64,000 nt of DNA from Phoronis australis (Eukaryota > Animalia > Phoronida): positions 288,399 through 352,398 of the forward strand of contig NMRA01000296.1 of the NCBI GenBank assembly GCA_002633005.1. Reading direction: 5' to 3'. How positions within the stretch are numbered: position 1 is the stretch's first letter; every line of letters starts with the position of its first letter. A program made the position numbers and the translations under genes. This document shows, in pieces, positions 49,901-64,000 of this stretch. A model generated the notes under the pieces. That model saw only the letters and a program-made list of their open reading frames with translations. It searched no databases and was not told the origin of the DNA.

Positions 49901-52900
49901 GTTTCGTTTTTTCTTCGATTCGATGAGATGTGCAAAAAGTTTGATCACCGAAATATCAGAAAGCTGCGTAATGAGTCGGCCCAGGTGAAACTACAACGTC
50001 ATATTTTTCAATGAAATATTAACACCAGGCGTCGTTGTATTCAAATTAACCTCCATGCACGCTTTAAATCAAGTCAACTGTTTAATTATTTTTCTAGACC
50101 AAGAATTCGCACTTCGTGAAATGCCAATTAATCTATACTTAATAGTATTTACAGAGAGCCTATCCTCCAACTAATGCGTTAAAAGACTATTCGGGTGTAG
50201 TTACTCGCAAGAGTAGTTTTGACAACCGGCTCTTTCATTGGATAGGTCCAAATGGCTTTTCAGGTGCCCACAGTGTAATGAATCTCCGTTCAGTGAGTCG
50301 ACTGTTCTGAGAACAATGTCGAGCTAACCAAAGACACCGGAGTTATCCTTCACATAAACAAAATCACAACGCTATCACTCGGTGAGCTATTATAAGCTCG
50401 ACTTAATACACTTTTGAACGATTACTGAAACTCTCGTCTGTGCAACCATACCTTTCCGATCCATCCTACATCACGATATGGTAGGTCCTACATCTGAGTA
50501 GTACATAACATTCCATAGACCAAATGAGAAATTTTCAGCCGTTTTCTTTCTAAACGAGTGTTTTCGCGAACTCTCTGCAGTGACATGGAATTGAAAGCAA
50601 CGGTGAATTTTCTGATTTGCGAAGATTTTCCTGCCTCAACCCCCTCTAATGATAACATGCGATTAAAGAAGGAAGCTTATTGTTTTATCAGCTCATAATT
50701 AAATAATCTCACGATATTGGTGTTTGCGAAGGTATTTCTCTTGAGCAATGGGTAACGTTCTATGTATGTTCTGAATTCCAGACTATTTGGTCCATCGTCA
50801 AAATGGGAATCGGTGATTTCTAACGAAATCTAAGAAACACATCGTATTTTTATAGCTCTGGCTAAAGCTATCAACTTCAGGAAGTCTATTCTAACCAACT
50901 ACTTATTATTCCCAAAATGCGTTTTTCTAGTCTAAAATTGGTCGTGTACGTGTCCTTTTAATACAGTGGATCAACGCTCCTAAATTACACATGATAAAAC
51001 CTTTCGAGTTCGTCGATTTGTGATATTCGTTTACAAGACCGACGTCTGGCAACAATAAGTACACATAAGAAATAATAATAATAACGCCGTGGCCGACAAT
51101 TCATATGTAACAATTTGACATAAGTAAGAAGTGGTTGTCGGTAAAATATTAAAACGACCAAAATTTTCGGGTGTCTCTGCCCTTCATTTGTGACGTAAGC
51201 GCTCACATACTACGTACTAACGCAGTGACACCGTCGATGAACTTCAGTGCAAATGTAGACGAGAAATTCCTGAAGTTATGCGAAAAAGCCCACCCTGAAA
51301 TACCATCACTCCCATTCTACGGTATTTACCCACAATGGGTAAAACGCCTGTCCTGTTTCTTCACATGCGAATGCACACGTCACTATCTCCTATCCTAATT
51401 ATTATGTAATTCATCCTCGCACAAAGGCAATTATCAACGTCTGCTCTGCTTCCTTTGTTAATCAACTCAGACGTGACTTAAGTGTTCGAAAACTAAGTCA
51501 TTCCTGCAGTGTATTGTCTTCCTCCACGAAAGGGGAAAATTCAATCCAAGGTGGGCCTACTGACGGGGATAGATGTTTTCTTTAAGTGGAAGACCCATCC
51601 AAGCTTGTCTTTTCTCAGGTTGCACTCCACACTCCAAAGTAACATTATTTTAACCGAACATGTCAAGCAACCCAATTTATTTGTCGCACCGAACTACAAA
51701 GTTACAATTTCTATAGAATACATGAAGTAACGCAATTTCTTGTTCTTAAATCTTCTCAAAAAACCGAAAGAACATAAATTTCTGAAATAAGCATGTTAAA
51801 TCAATTAAAAACGATTTTTTGTACAAAGTACGATCGCGAAAACACACCGAGAACATTAAATACATGTATTTGTTTGGCAGCCTCAGGCTAGGTGACCAAC
51901 TCGATGTTGAATCCCGAGGCAGTGCCTTGTCGCCCGCATCGCGTGTGGAAGAGTTCCAGCAATGAAATTTGGGGTTTTATTCAACCCAGCCCGAACGAAT
52001 AAATTGGTACAAATTGAGCGAAAGGACTCGGGCGACGAACGCATTGTGCGGGCGACGTAGCCCGGGGGTACTGTATCGGCTGATCAACATTCGTATTCTA
52101 GTCGTGCCTGTAACTGCCTTAACCAGTTTTCAAAGAAAAACGGTCATTCGCTTTTAAGAGGGTGGTTAATTCTCAGAGAACGGAACCCATGCAGAACCAG
52201 TTTTCTCGCTCACTGCTTCCATATTGGAGTCGATCGTCGAAAAACAGTACCTGATATCACAAGAACGACAGGTATTACACGAATTCAGGTTAAGATATCA
52301 AATGCACCTCACCTGCAGATAACAGCCGGTGGTCCCTGTCAATATAGTGACGTAACAAAGAATACGAACGACATTTAGAAAGTGATTTGCTGACGGATGC
52401 CCACTCGAATAAATAACTAACTGAAAGTGTACAGGTACGAAATTTATCTACCAGTGCTTTGCTTACTCCCGGTTCGGTTTTGGTTGTGGCTTAAAAGTTA
52501 AAAACTTTTATTATAATTCATATATTTTTGTGTTATTTTTGAGTTATTTTTGTGTACATTCTTCAGCAAAAAGTTAAACTTGTTTCCATTCTACATGCCA
52601 TAAAACGAAAAGCGAGAATCGTAAACTACCGTTAAAGGTTATTGTATTGCAATGATATAGGGAGTCCTTGTCGATTTTCGGAGTGACAGACAATATTGAA
52701 AAAGCTTACCCTCATCGCCGCTGAAACGATGGGCCAACTACGTAACTACACATTTGAGAAAATGTCAGTAGCAGCGCCACCCAAACTGAATGTTATTAAC
52801 GAGACTCTCCATTCCGTGTGGGTCAGTCATTTGTAATGAGAATATTGCTTGTGGCTAACATTAACTTATGACATAGCCAAACATGGATTCCGACTGAGAT

Positions 52901-55900
52901 TGCCCTTAATAGGTACCTCTTTAATTACTGTGTTAATTAAAGACCAGGAGGTAGTGCCAAACATTCAAGAATGATTAGAAATTTACCCGATCATAAATGT
53001 CACCAGTCCAGTGATTCGACTAAGTGACCCGCGGGCTGTTTACACGACTATGTGGCTACGGCGTCTCGAATTTAACCAAGAACATTCACCGACAGGGCAT
53101 CTGACCATGGGGTGTGTGCCAAGCGTAAGTACGCTGACCTACGAAACAAGCTTCAAACAAACTCCGTCCCGATTTTGACAGCCAGAAACTCAAAAACAAA
53201 GCATTCAACAATAGGTTTTGGACCGTGCGTATAAACATTTTGGTAATTGATTAATCAAAGGCAGACGTCCGTATGACCCACTTAATCAATTTACCTTTGC
53301 TTGAAAAGTTTTCACAACGGGAAGTATTATGATCTGTTACGAAACAGCAGAATATAGTAAACCTGTATCCTTTTTGTTAAATACCTGCTGATGAAGTCAC
53401 CGCCAACTATTGAACTGTTTATTCACGGTGACAGGCCGAGGAAAACGGGCACCACTGAGAGACGAGGGCATAAACGCATTTCATATTGGGCGTCCTTTTT
53501 AACGCCACTGATTGTTTGAAATCATCACTGGAACTGAATTACGTAAGGAGACGGGAACGCATTGCAAAAACACAAGATTCAAACGTACTGTCGCCGTGAC
53601 ATGCCAACATCTCTAAAATAACAGTAGTAAGGATTTAGCCAATGAGATTACGTAACTCATTGGGTTTAGCTTTGATTCCATTACAGCGTTAATGGGACAT
53701 TATCGGAGAGAAAAATGAATTTCTGAGATCATCGCCAGCGCAGAATCAAACCAGTAACCCCCACGGTCGCAGTCTAGTGTCTAGCGAAAACAAACCCCAC
53801 TCGCAGATTATTTTAAGCGTATTTAAGTGGTGAGTTAAAAGTCACCGGTTTTGATTCTACCAAATGTCTGGCAGACAAGAAATGAACTGTACTAAAACCA
53901 CAAAAGCATTAACGGATTTTTTGTTTTACAGCTCTATTCAAAGCTAATAGCTTCAAGAAGACTATCCCATCCAACAATAATTCCAAAAGTTCGTTTTCGG
54001 CCGTGAAACTGATGATATTCCTTTAAATTAGTTAATAATTCACCTTCAGAATAAAAACTTGAACCGTGTATTTCATCGCAGCTTTCAATTACCAAATTTT
54101 CCTTTTGATAGCTCAATTGTGCAAAACACCAAAGCCACGTTGATTTCAAAATCGTTTTCCACGAATATGTCATGAAACACGCATTCGACATGGACATGAC
54201 CACAAGACACATGGGGCTGAACAAATGAAATTGATTTAATTTAAATCTGAAGTTCTTCAAATTCTTTCCGTCTATCCTTAAAACACCCAATTAAATAGTC
54301 ATTGCTAAACGTACGTCTTCGATAGTTTCCTGTAAACGCAAGAATATCTATGTAATTGAATCAAATAACAGTTGTCCGGCGGTAATCGAAACCAGTATTT
54401 ACATGTGGCTCTAAACAAAATATCGCGAAGAATTCGAGGTTAGAGGCTATTCAATGATGTGTTTAAACTATGCGGATATGTTGCGATATTTTGTCGAAAT
54501 GTGTACTCATTTAGAGCCTCTGTCGAGATATTGAGGAGCTATAGACCACATGGCTCGTTTTGTCTGCAGCTTTAAAAAGTCATCGAAGAGGTAGTCGTTT
54601 ATCGCTTGATCACTTCTCCTTATGTGGTTCTATTTCTGTAACTGAAAATTACACTTTAAAATACAACTATTATTAGAAGTTTTCAGTAAGTAGACATCCC
54701 TGAAGCACTCCTCTGAACACAAAATTACAGTTATGTAAACGGGTATTGTTCATAAATGATTATTTCTTAACTTTTAGTCTTCAACATTAATTAATTGCGT
54801 AGTGATATTTTCATTACATTTCGAAGTAAATCCTGAGTGATCAGGGTAATCGTTGTCATGCCAAATTTAGAGCTGTGTGTTCGTTGGATTTTTAAGTTAT
54901 ATTTCAACTTATTGCTAATTTGATGCAAAAACAAATCTCGGCAGCAAATCATACTGGTCAAAACTGATTCACTCAAATTCACATATCATCGAATGAAGAC
55001 AAACTTTATGTATGCGCAAGAGTAGCCAGAAAGCGCGTTTGTCAGGGAAACTTATTTACCGTGACACTAGCGCGAGTTGAGAGTCCATGAAACTGAGACT
55101 ACCGGATCCGTGAGCCGGATTTATAAGTGAGAAGATATGAGTAGACAGACGTGTTGTTTCCCTTTTTAAAATCATGTACTCCAATCCGTTTTTGCAGGTT
55201 GGAAACCCTGGGCGGAATGGACGTCTTGTAGCGCCACGTGCGGCGGAGGCATACAAACTCGACAGCGAGAATGCACGAAGAAAAACAGGAAGAAATGTGA
55301 TGGAACTTTTGCTGAACAGAGAAAGTGTAACAGCTTTCGATGCAGAGGTGAGATTACGCCTAAGCCCATTCAGTTAGCCCGTAACCCTTTCATTGAAATC
55401 ATGTAGCTCTCTTCCTCTCGTTTTGTCCTGTTGTCAAGTTTTCCATCCATCAAACTAAAATCGGTTTACCCATTCCTTGCTTGTGAGTTGTGATGCATTC
55501 ATAAGTTCGTAAGAGCTCGTAATTCCGAGCGTAAGATTGTAAAATATCGCATACAATTTCTTAGGCGGAAATTTCTTTTTACGGGTCACATGAAAATGGC
55601 TAGCTTGGAGCCTTTGAAAGCAGAATTAATACTTTTCTAAGAGCTAAAGTATTTACATAATATTACTGCCCTCGATCAAACGCAATGCAGACATTGGATG
55701 ACGTCACGGACGCGTAAACCTCACAAATTAATATAAAACTCATTTGCTTTTAGCTAGTCTCTGACGCGCGTGAGCTTAATTAACGGACCATTAACAAAGT
55801 GCCTACGTGTTTCATGTTCAGTGGTCTTTGGACTGTGGAGTAACGTTCGAGAAACAGGCCTGCACATATTTTACGATGCATTATGGTGTGAAAACCTACA

Positions 55901-58900
55901 TCAAAATACTTGTTTTCCTTTATAAACTCTTCTGCTATTGGTCGTCTATATTTCAATTATGTTGGAAAGATTTTAACTTTTACTCATTCAGGATAGCTTT
56001 CTCAGATAAAACGTCGTGACAGAATTGTTATGCATGTTTATATGAATTTATGTATGTTTGTATGTATGTCTTTGTTTATATGCATGTATGTATGTGTGTA
56101 TGTATGTATGTATGTATGTATGTATGTATGTATGCGTGTGCGTATGTTTGTATGTATGTCTTTGTGTATATGCATGTATGTATGTGTGTATGTATGTATG
56201 TATGTGTGTGCGTATGTTTGTATGTATGTTCGTTTTTACGTATGTGTGTATGCCAGTGAGTACTGTATGTGCGTATGTATGTATGTTTTTATGTACGTAT
56301 GCATGCAGGTATATATATTATATACATTAACAGATACATTAATTTGCATACTGTATCTAACCGACGAGCTATTGCAACATAAAACATTTCAGTCGTCCCA
56401 GCCATGAAAGTAACAAATATACCATTGATTTCATATTTGCTAATCAAAACAAAAAGGTGTTAACTTTATTAGTTGTGATCTAAATCGACAAAATGCATTG
56501 GCCCAAACCCATTAGCTCAACATGGTACACACTCGTATGCTTCCAACTTATAGCAGTCGCTCAATAGCAGGTTACAGTAGCTAAAACTAACAATGCGATT
56601 GCTAAACGGATAATGAAAGCATAACTATACGCTCTGCCTTTAGGGTGTAACTTGATTCTTATCAATTTGTTTTTATAAAAGAAGTCTTCACGCCTTGATA
56701 GGAATGTTGATACCGTAATATTTATGTTGCAAAAAGAAATATTTATTACAGGTTGTTTTATTTTCGTCGTCGCTCAAAGCTTTTTATAAACACAATATTG
56801 CCTCAATAAATTCCGCAAGGCGTGTTTAATTACATATGGGACTCGAACACACTAAATTGTACTTGCTTCGGCCGATTTGTTCTGTTATCATATAATACTT
56901 TAATAGTTTGTGGGTCAAATGCCAGTTATGATTATATTTCATTTGTCAACAAACAAACGAACAGTCAAACGATATAGTAAATCGACAGGAGACAAGTTTG
57001 TCGTTCAAGTCTCCGCATGTACGAGATGTGATTATTCTTGGACTATGCTTTTCGTTATGACCTATAACTTTATCGTGAACGTACATTTTACGATTTACAG
57101 GCCGGGAGTGCTCCTTTACTTTAGGATTTGGTTTATATTTTTGTTCAACGTATGTCCCGTAAAGTACAAGTGACTTCCGGCCTTTGTTTTGAAGACTGGA
57201 TGCTGCAGGCATGAATAGACCATGGCTGAGAAAAAAAATCAATTTATAAGAATAAAAACATGTACAATAACAAAAAATGATTTTTCGTCTATTTTTGTTG
57301 ATGAACGTTTCCGCGAAATCTTCTCATTTTGTCGGTTCAACATCCCGCTATTACCGGAACGATATCAAATATTAGCATTATCAGTATTTATACTGCGCGC
57401 AGTTGAGGTCACTATACAAACGTGTCGGAAACAGGTATGCAAATAAAATTTTTAGGAAAACAGCACGCACGGGGATTAAGCAATGCTTATTAACACACAG
57501 ATATTAAATCAACGACAACATCTTAAAAGTTCGTTTCAACGGGTTCAACAAAAACAGGGATGCGAATTGTTTGTATGTCGTTGCCACAACACGGAACGAA
57601 CTGAATACTTGCTGGCATTTCGACATCATTTCACAAAACGACAATTTACCACAAAGCTAACAATTTTGATTTACCAACTATCTGGCATAATCTTTACGAG
57701 TCGTTTCTTCGCTGTAAAAAGTCCATTACACGTTCGTTCGCAGATGAACCGGGGGTTATAGAAATTGTACGAGATATCATCGAGCAATTTGCCCGGTTGA
57801 CGGGTCTTAATATTGCTCCGCCCGAAATATGATACTACAAGGATTGCAACTATTTGCAACAAATTTGTCTTTTATTACCAGTGCACGGATAAACGTCCAG
57901 TCTTTTGAATCGTTTTTCAACCAGGACACAATCTGAAGGGCTTTAAAAGCTTTGATTGACATATGCTCTTTGTAAGGGGTGTAGTCAAGCTTTTACGACC
58001 AGTTTGCACTGATCCCAGCATCGAAAACCGAGCGTACAAAGCTTTAACACCTTCAAGCGAATCATAGGAAGGCCTGCCGCATATTGTTGGATCACTGTGA
58101 CAGTGACCAGTGGTGGAAACAACACAATTTCATAACTATTAGGGACTGTCACAAATGTTCGTCAATTTGCCCCAAGTTCCCGCATGTGTATAATGAACTC
58201 GTTTGTGAACCAAATGCCGATGGTCTGTAAAATGCACGAAGTGATCTATCCGAGACTGTTGCCTGTAACAAGCATACTACCGGTACAACAAATATAACAA
58301 CACAGAACAATGAGCCAATTTGCTCCTAACAGAATGCCAGCACAGTTGCTCATCTTCTCAACACTATTTGTTTTTCATCGTGTGTAGAGACGCAACAGTG
58401 CCATTATATGTATTCCGTGCAGTCATCCATTCGCCAGGAGCGCATGCGAAATTCCGTTGTGGCCAGTTCACAACTGTTTATGATTATTAGAAATCTGGTT
58501 TCACTTTTATAGAATAAAGTGTTTATGTTAAAGGCCATTTATCGTGACGGTTTGATATCATATACCACAACAGAGGGCCGGGCTAAGTCTAGAAGTTGTT
58601 CGCTGCCCAGTATTTTCGCGTCCATCAGACAAGGAATATTTTTCCCACAGACTTATAGGAATCACTATCCGCGGTGGGCCTTAAACATTGCAGAAAACTA
58701 GCAAGCTGCTAAGACGATGTTGATTATGTATCATTTACAATTTAGTGAAATTTTCCCTTTGACCATGTTTATCAGTAAGTAAATAAATAAAATAAACGAA
58801 TTAATTAGTCATTGATTAATTCACCGACTAAAAGAAAATGATTTTAATCACACACTACGAACTGACTCATGCGATCACAAAAATGTATTCACTCATCGAT

Positions 58901-61900
58901 GCATGCCTCATCACAAGTTCCTCAAAAACAAGAGCCTCGAAATTTTCAGTTCCACAAATCGCACTTAGTGCAACGCCAGTACGTTACAGTGTGCAGTTAT
59001 CAACACCCCCAGGGTCGAATAAGACGTTATTATATCCTGTTCTGTTTGATGATTCTGTATCGCGTTACTCACGTGCTGTGACGTGACGCGACGTGCTGTG
59101 ACGTTGCAGGGGTGCGAGATTTATGGTGAAGGGTTATTAATTTAATTTTCCTCATCAGTTTAGTGGTTGGTGTGTGCGTTACTGCCAACACAACAGTGGT
59201 ATGCATCGACCTTCGGGCTAAGGTCAACGCTTGCACTTTCCAAGCAGTTTCGCCATCCATGTCCTCTTATCAAAGATTTTGCGACATTTATTTGGCTTGA
59301 TATATTGAAACTTGATTAAAAACACGACTCTATTTTCTGTTGGATAGCTCCACAGACACTTCACAACCGTACACATGATGATCGATAAATGTACAGAGAA
59401 TACAAGCGAGTGTCTGCGAAACTTTCCAACACAGTCAATGCAGTCGCGTTTTTAATCACGATTGCGCTAACGAAGGGCTCCTATCGAGCTATACTTGGGA
59501 TATTCACGGATGAAAGAAAAAAGAAATATTCTTTGAAATGTAAGCCCTACTATACAAGGTTATCGGCGAAAGGAATGTAAAGCAGTACCAGATTCGCCAC
59601 ACCAAAATTTCATTTTTTTGAGAATGGTTTTGTACTTGCCCTCCATAATGTTTTTGTTCTAACTTTTATATAATTGCATCTATCTATTTCATTGAGCGAT
59701 GACCAACCCCACACGATTCTTAGACAAACTGTTATAATTAGTTTAATACGTTGTATTGCAAATATACCCGTGGTGAAAAGCTTCGTATGAATCGTATTTG
59801 TAATAAATTATCGTTTCCGTTTTTTACAGATGTAGTCAATCTTCTAACGGTGCTCCACAATCATATTTTACCCGAGGGCGTGAGTAGCTTGCCAGGCCGA
59901 CCGGAAGCGTACATGCTTGCAGACAACTCAAGAATAAGTGCGCGTTTGTCCGATTTTTTCAAGTCATTCTTTCCGCACGACTTCAGTCTTCTCATAACTG
60001 CACGACCTCGCAATGGAAATCAGGGCACCATACTGAACATCAGGGATAAACATAACAGACGAACCATTCTTGGGGTACACGTCGGAGTGAACCCCATGTT
60101 TGAGTACAGAGATCACAACGATCAACCGGGCTTGAATTCGCCCCAGTTTTATATAAATCTCTCCGACGGCAGACGTCATCAATTTGCTTTTAGTGTACGA
60201 GGCGGCAGCGTCACCATGTACGCTGACTGTACGTTCGAAATGACGAGAACTTTGCGACGAAGCAGCATGCCGCAAATAGATGGCGCTAGTGTAGTGTTCA
60301 TTGGGGCTTCGTCATCACCTTCAGTAGGCGAACAGTTTGAGGTAAATTGACAGATTAATTTGCTTCTTGTGTGATTTTATTATTCGCGGTTTCATGATTA
60401 TAATAACTTTTAATCTAACAGCGCAAACTTCATATTTGAGCTGTAACAGACCTACCCATACAACAGTGCCACACAAACACAGGCACGTCCAACTTTCCAA
60501 GACAAAAAATACTTAAAACGTAGGCCTAGCTAGTTTCTTTTTGTGTTTAGGTTTCAGAAAATACACTCTTGGGGTGAGTAGGCTGCCCAGAAACAATTTG
60601 TCTATGAAAAAAAACACCAATATTGTCTACTGACCATAGTAACTGGAGTAGAAATTATTGAATTTGCATGGCCGCTGTCTGTTAACCACAGGGCACTCTC
60701 ACTAGTCGCTCGCCTTTATTTATGTCATGACGAGCGGCTGGTTAAAGGTGCCTGTGGTTGAACTTACTAGTACATCCACATATTTTGTGCATGTGCTATA
60801 GTTTTCTTACGCGTGTTGAAATTAAAACTAATTCTTGGGAGGACTCACGGGAAGTAATTTTGTTAATGACACATGGCCATTGCTATCAGTCAAATGACAA
60901 GAAATGTTAAAAGTATAACACTTTGAGACATCCAGTTGAGGTAATAAAATACTGGAATTAGCTTACTTGAGTTAGCAACGTTGCGTAAGGCTATGTCTCT
61001 CAGGGACTTGAGCTTGGCAAGAAACACTTTGCATGAACTTGGAATCTTGCATAATCTCAAGATCACGCACGTTGATAAAAATTTGCACTGCACTAAATTT
61101 AAACCTATGTTTTTCAACTATAAGCGATCTTATTCATTTAACCTTTCACATAATTATTCCTCCTATTTTTTTACACAAGTTACGGTAAAAGAGAAAATGG
61201 GTTATCATGAGGCCAATATGATTACAAAAATTCTTTAAACTGAACAAAATATTCACGGGATTTACCAAATATTCATTTCCAAGTTCACACAGATGCGATC
61301 TTGAGATTAAGCAGGATTCTAAGTTCACGCACAACAAAAAAGAACCTCCATTGATGTTTGCAGGGAGATATAGAGCAACTTATCCTGACACCAGATGTCA
61401 CTGCAGCACAACAACATTGCAGTCGAAAGAAACCCTACAATGGCCTGGTAAGCCCCGTCATGGGTCTGTTTCATAAAAGTGATGCTTGCAGGCTTTAGAA
61501 TTACTAAATTGTGATTTTGCCACGTAACTGTTAGCGCATCACAGGCAAGTAGGGCCTAATCAACTTATCTCAGTAACCAGCAGTTATGGATCTATTGCAA
61601 GACTTTGAACTTTTGCTAAAGACAAGATGAGATTTAATTATTTTTCCACAAAATTACCTGTGTGGAGTATAACACCAAGTTTCTGTCTATATAAAGTCTT
61701 AAGTCACTTTACATGAAACAGACCCCAGATTATATTTGTGTATTGTTGTACGATGATGCTGATGTGGGGTAGTGTAACTGCACCACACTGGTGCATACCT
61801 AGTCCTAGATATTACAAAAATTGCAACTTGCCATTTTTGCTTCTCTCAGTGTCAGTAATTTCACGTGTTCTTGCTACAAAAGTACATGGGTGAGGATCCT

Positions 61901-63825
61901 GGGAAGGGGTTCAAGGGGTTCGGCCCTCCCACTTATTGGTCAAAGGGACAAAAAAAAACATGCAAAAATAGACAATTCAGTTTCTATTTTATTTCATTTC
62001 TCTAGACCACTTGTGCAGAGACCATGACACTAAATTTCATTACCTACTGGGTTTCTGCTCTTTGTTTGTGATTTAGAATTCTCATCAAGAACTTATCTTT
62101 AACATAGACCTCCTCTTTCGTAAGAAGTTAGATCTGCTTTTGTTCATGCAAATGAGTTTGCCTCACGTTCTGGTTATGTTTTATTTCAAAAAGTGTGTAT
62201 CTTCTCGCAGACAAAACCATCAAAGAAAGAACACAACTCCGCAAAGAAGGACAAGAAGGACCCCCACCTTGACAATACTCCCCCTGTTGTCCCTGGCAAG
62301 AGTATCATCCAGACGGACGAACCAGGATCTGGCTCAGAGGGTCAGTGTCTGTGACAGGACTATTTCAAAGTTTTTGAATGCCCACTATCAGTATTTAATT
62401 AATCAGTATTTAATTTGTTAGATACTGAAGATAGATATGGCCAATTTTTAATTTAGGACATAATTTGGGAGAAAATAAGAAGAACTTATTTTTGTTAATT
62501 CTTTGAAAAATGAAAAAATATCACTTTGCTTAAGTTTTGTCTCAAATTGAAAAAAAGTTTCTGTAATCATGATGAAATACTGAAGTTTCATGTCACATGG
62601 AAACAATTATAAATTCTTTGCCAAAAGATTTCATATCTGTTAATGATAACTTTTCAGAAAGTTACGATTGGTCCACGTGGTCTTTATGCAGCACCACTTG
62701 TGGGCCAGGTATCAGAACTAGGACAGCTTATTGTCTGGACAACTCGCTGACAGTGGATGAATGCGTTGATGATGGGAAAAATCCAGTGGAAACAGAGAAA
62801 TGTTTTGAAAAAGAATGCAAAGGTATAGATATCTGTTATGTAGGTAGGGGAAGGTAACCGTTTTAGAGTCATTTTTGGTTGAAAATGATTTTTTGGTTAT
62901 CTTAGATAAATTTTCAGGTTAATTAGATTCTTCAGGTTCTAATTAATTTTGCATATATGTCACTTTGGAAGTGACTTTCCCGACCCGAATCATCATTAGG
63001 CTGCCATTCTGCTGTGTGGTGAGTAAGGATTGCATAGAAACTGAGTAGTGTTCCCCCTCCCCCAACCCACACCCATATTTCTAACTTGGGTGACAGTAGA
63101 GGATGTCCCAAAAGTAATGACACTCTCAAGTTTGAATGCATACGCATTTAGTTAGTCATGGATGTCAGTGAAAATGACTTAAAACTACATTTGAAGTTTC
63201 TTTATTGTATAATCACATGATTCAGATTGTATTTTGATCAATGACAGTGTGCAGTTATGAAAAAATAGTGAAGTGAAAAATTCACTTATCTGTTCCTTTA
63301 TAGAAATTATTAGATGTAAAAAAAAACCTATTCCTTCCTAATCTCTGAAAAGTGCAACCCCGAGGTCTCCAATCTGCTTGATTTATGGACATGCCAATTG
63401 AAAATAGACGTACTTATCAGTTGTTGAGTTTGTGATGGTATCCTCTTTGTAAAAGGTCTAAAAAATGTGCCCAGGGCAATAGTGGAAGTCTCAGTGGGAC
63501 TCGGGCTGTTATCCAATCAGATTCCACTAGTGTCACAGCTGGATAGATGTCTCTGTGCATAATCTGTGTTGAGTGATTGGCAGCTTCTTTCTTCTCGCCC
63601 TTGAAACATCTAGGGAGCCTTGTATATCAGATAACCTTATGCACAGAAACTGTGCAATGACTCTAAATGAAGAGTTCATCTGCAAGCTGAACATGTTAAC
63701 GGTTTATCAGTATTCCAGTTGGTGCTTTTCAGACATTTGTACTGTGAGATGCTTCAATGGTGGAATATGCGAGAAAAACAAGTGTACTTGTCCATATGGT
63801 TACCATGGAAATCAATGTGAAAAAG
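46468..63825 (+). CDS. Secreted multidomain extracellular-matrix protein (signal peptide, NtA-like, TSP1, TSPN/LamG, linker, TSP1, EGF), 3' end outside window
   Basis: Exons 46468-46957, 55198-55347, 59830-60341, 61364-61447, 62211-62340, 62658-62822, 63733-63825 are all GT-AG and join in one frame (junction phases 1,1,0,0,1,1,1). Domain calls are from recognised motifs, not from a search. Confidence 0.88.
55198..55347 (+). CDS. Exon: thrombospondin type-1 repeat
   Basis: GWKPWAEWTSCSATCGGGIQTRQRECTKKNRKKCDGTFAEQRKCNSFRCR; 150 nt, phase 1-1. The ORF track shows this region in the wrong frame. Confidence 0.93.
56029..56310. repeat. (TATG)n compound microsatellite
   Basis: Directly visible; source of three spurious ORFs. 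Confidence 0.97.
59830..60341 (+). CDS. Exon: TSPN/laminin-G-like domain
   Basis: FPHDFSLLITARP...GTILNI...LSDGRRHQFAFSVRGGSVTMYADC, the thrombospondin-N/collagen NC4-type pattern. Confidence 0.92.
61364..61447 (+). CDS. Exon: end of TSPN domain
   Basis: GDIEQLILTPDVTAAQQHC completes the 'FEG.IQ.L.....AA..C' signature; 84 nt, phase 0-0. Confidence 0.9.
61460..61728. mobile_element. Small MITE just inside the intron
   Basis: Termini GGGTCTGTTTCATAAAAGTGA ... TCACTTTACATGAAACAGACCC. Confidence 0.7.
62211..62340 (+). CDS. Exon: Lys/Pro-rich linker ending in an acidic Ser-Gly site
   Basis: TKPSKKEHNSAKKDKKDPHLDNTPPVVPGKSIIQTDEPGSGSE; 130 nt. Phase 0 to 1 is exactly what the flanking exons require. 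Confidence 0.82.
62658..62822 (+). CDS. Exon: second TSP1 repeat
   Basis: WSTWSLCSTTCGPGIRTRTAYC...C...ETEKCFEKEC; 165 nt, phase 1-1. Confidence 0.92.
63733..63825 (+). CDS. Exon: EGF-like domain
   Basis: CTVRCFNGGICEKNKCTCPYGYHGNQCE; 93 nt, phase 1-1. Confidence 0.92.
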
Positions 63826-64000
63826 GTATAACAATAACTTATTTAGAAAAAAGACCTGTTGTAGTAAGCCTTTCTCAGTATATATAGTGGAGCGTATTAT
63901 TTTTAACTTTTGGATGAATAAACTTGATCCTTAAGTGAATGCCTGGTGTCAGAGTTCAGTTTCTACTAAATGGGTTAAAGTTCACAAGATATCTGTATGG

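Noticed and set aside
56030-56407. Cys/Met/Tyr/Val-rich ORFs
   Set aside because: Translations of the (TATG)n microsatellite.

Overview
Intron-rich animal genomic DNA (AT-rich, GT-AG introns, probably a heterozygous invertebrate assembly; single N joints at 1046, 2938 and 20059). The short ORFs in the supplied track are mostly exon fragments or noise, so I reconstructed three spliced genes by hand. (1) A V-ATPase V0 subunit a gene (ATP6V0A1/vha100/unc-32 type) lies on the minus strand, from a probable non-coding exon near 19.6 kb to beyond the left edge. It has two candidate mutually exclusive versions of exon 6, and its last three visible exons appear twice, probably as an allelic assembly duplicate. 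(2) A complete 12-exon mitochondrial serine hydroxymethyltransferase (SHMT2 type, 491 aa) lies head-to-head on the plus strand at 23754-37488. (3) The 5' part of a secreted multidomain matrix protein (signal peptide, NtA-like, TSP1, TSPN/LamG, Ser-Gly linker, TSP1, EGF) starts at 46468 and runs off the right edge. Introns and intergenic DNA carry MITEs, SINE/LINE relics, minisatellites built from splice sites, and a ~140-bp repeat with CTCF-like motifs. No prokaryote-type system (CRISPR, operon) is present.
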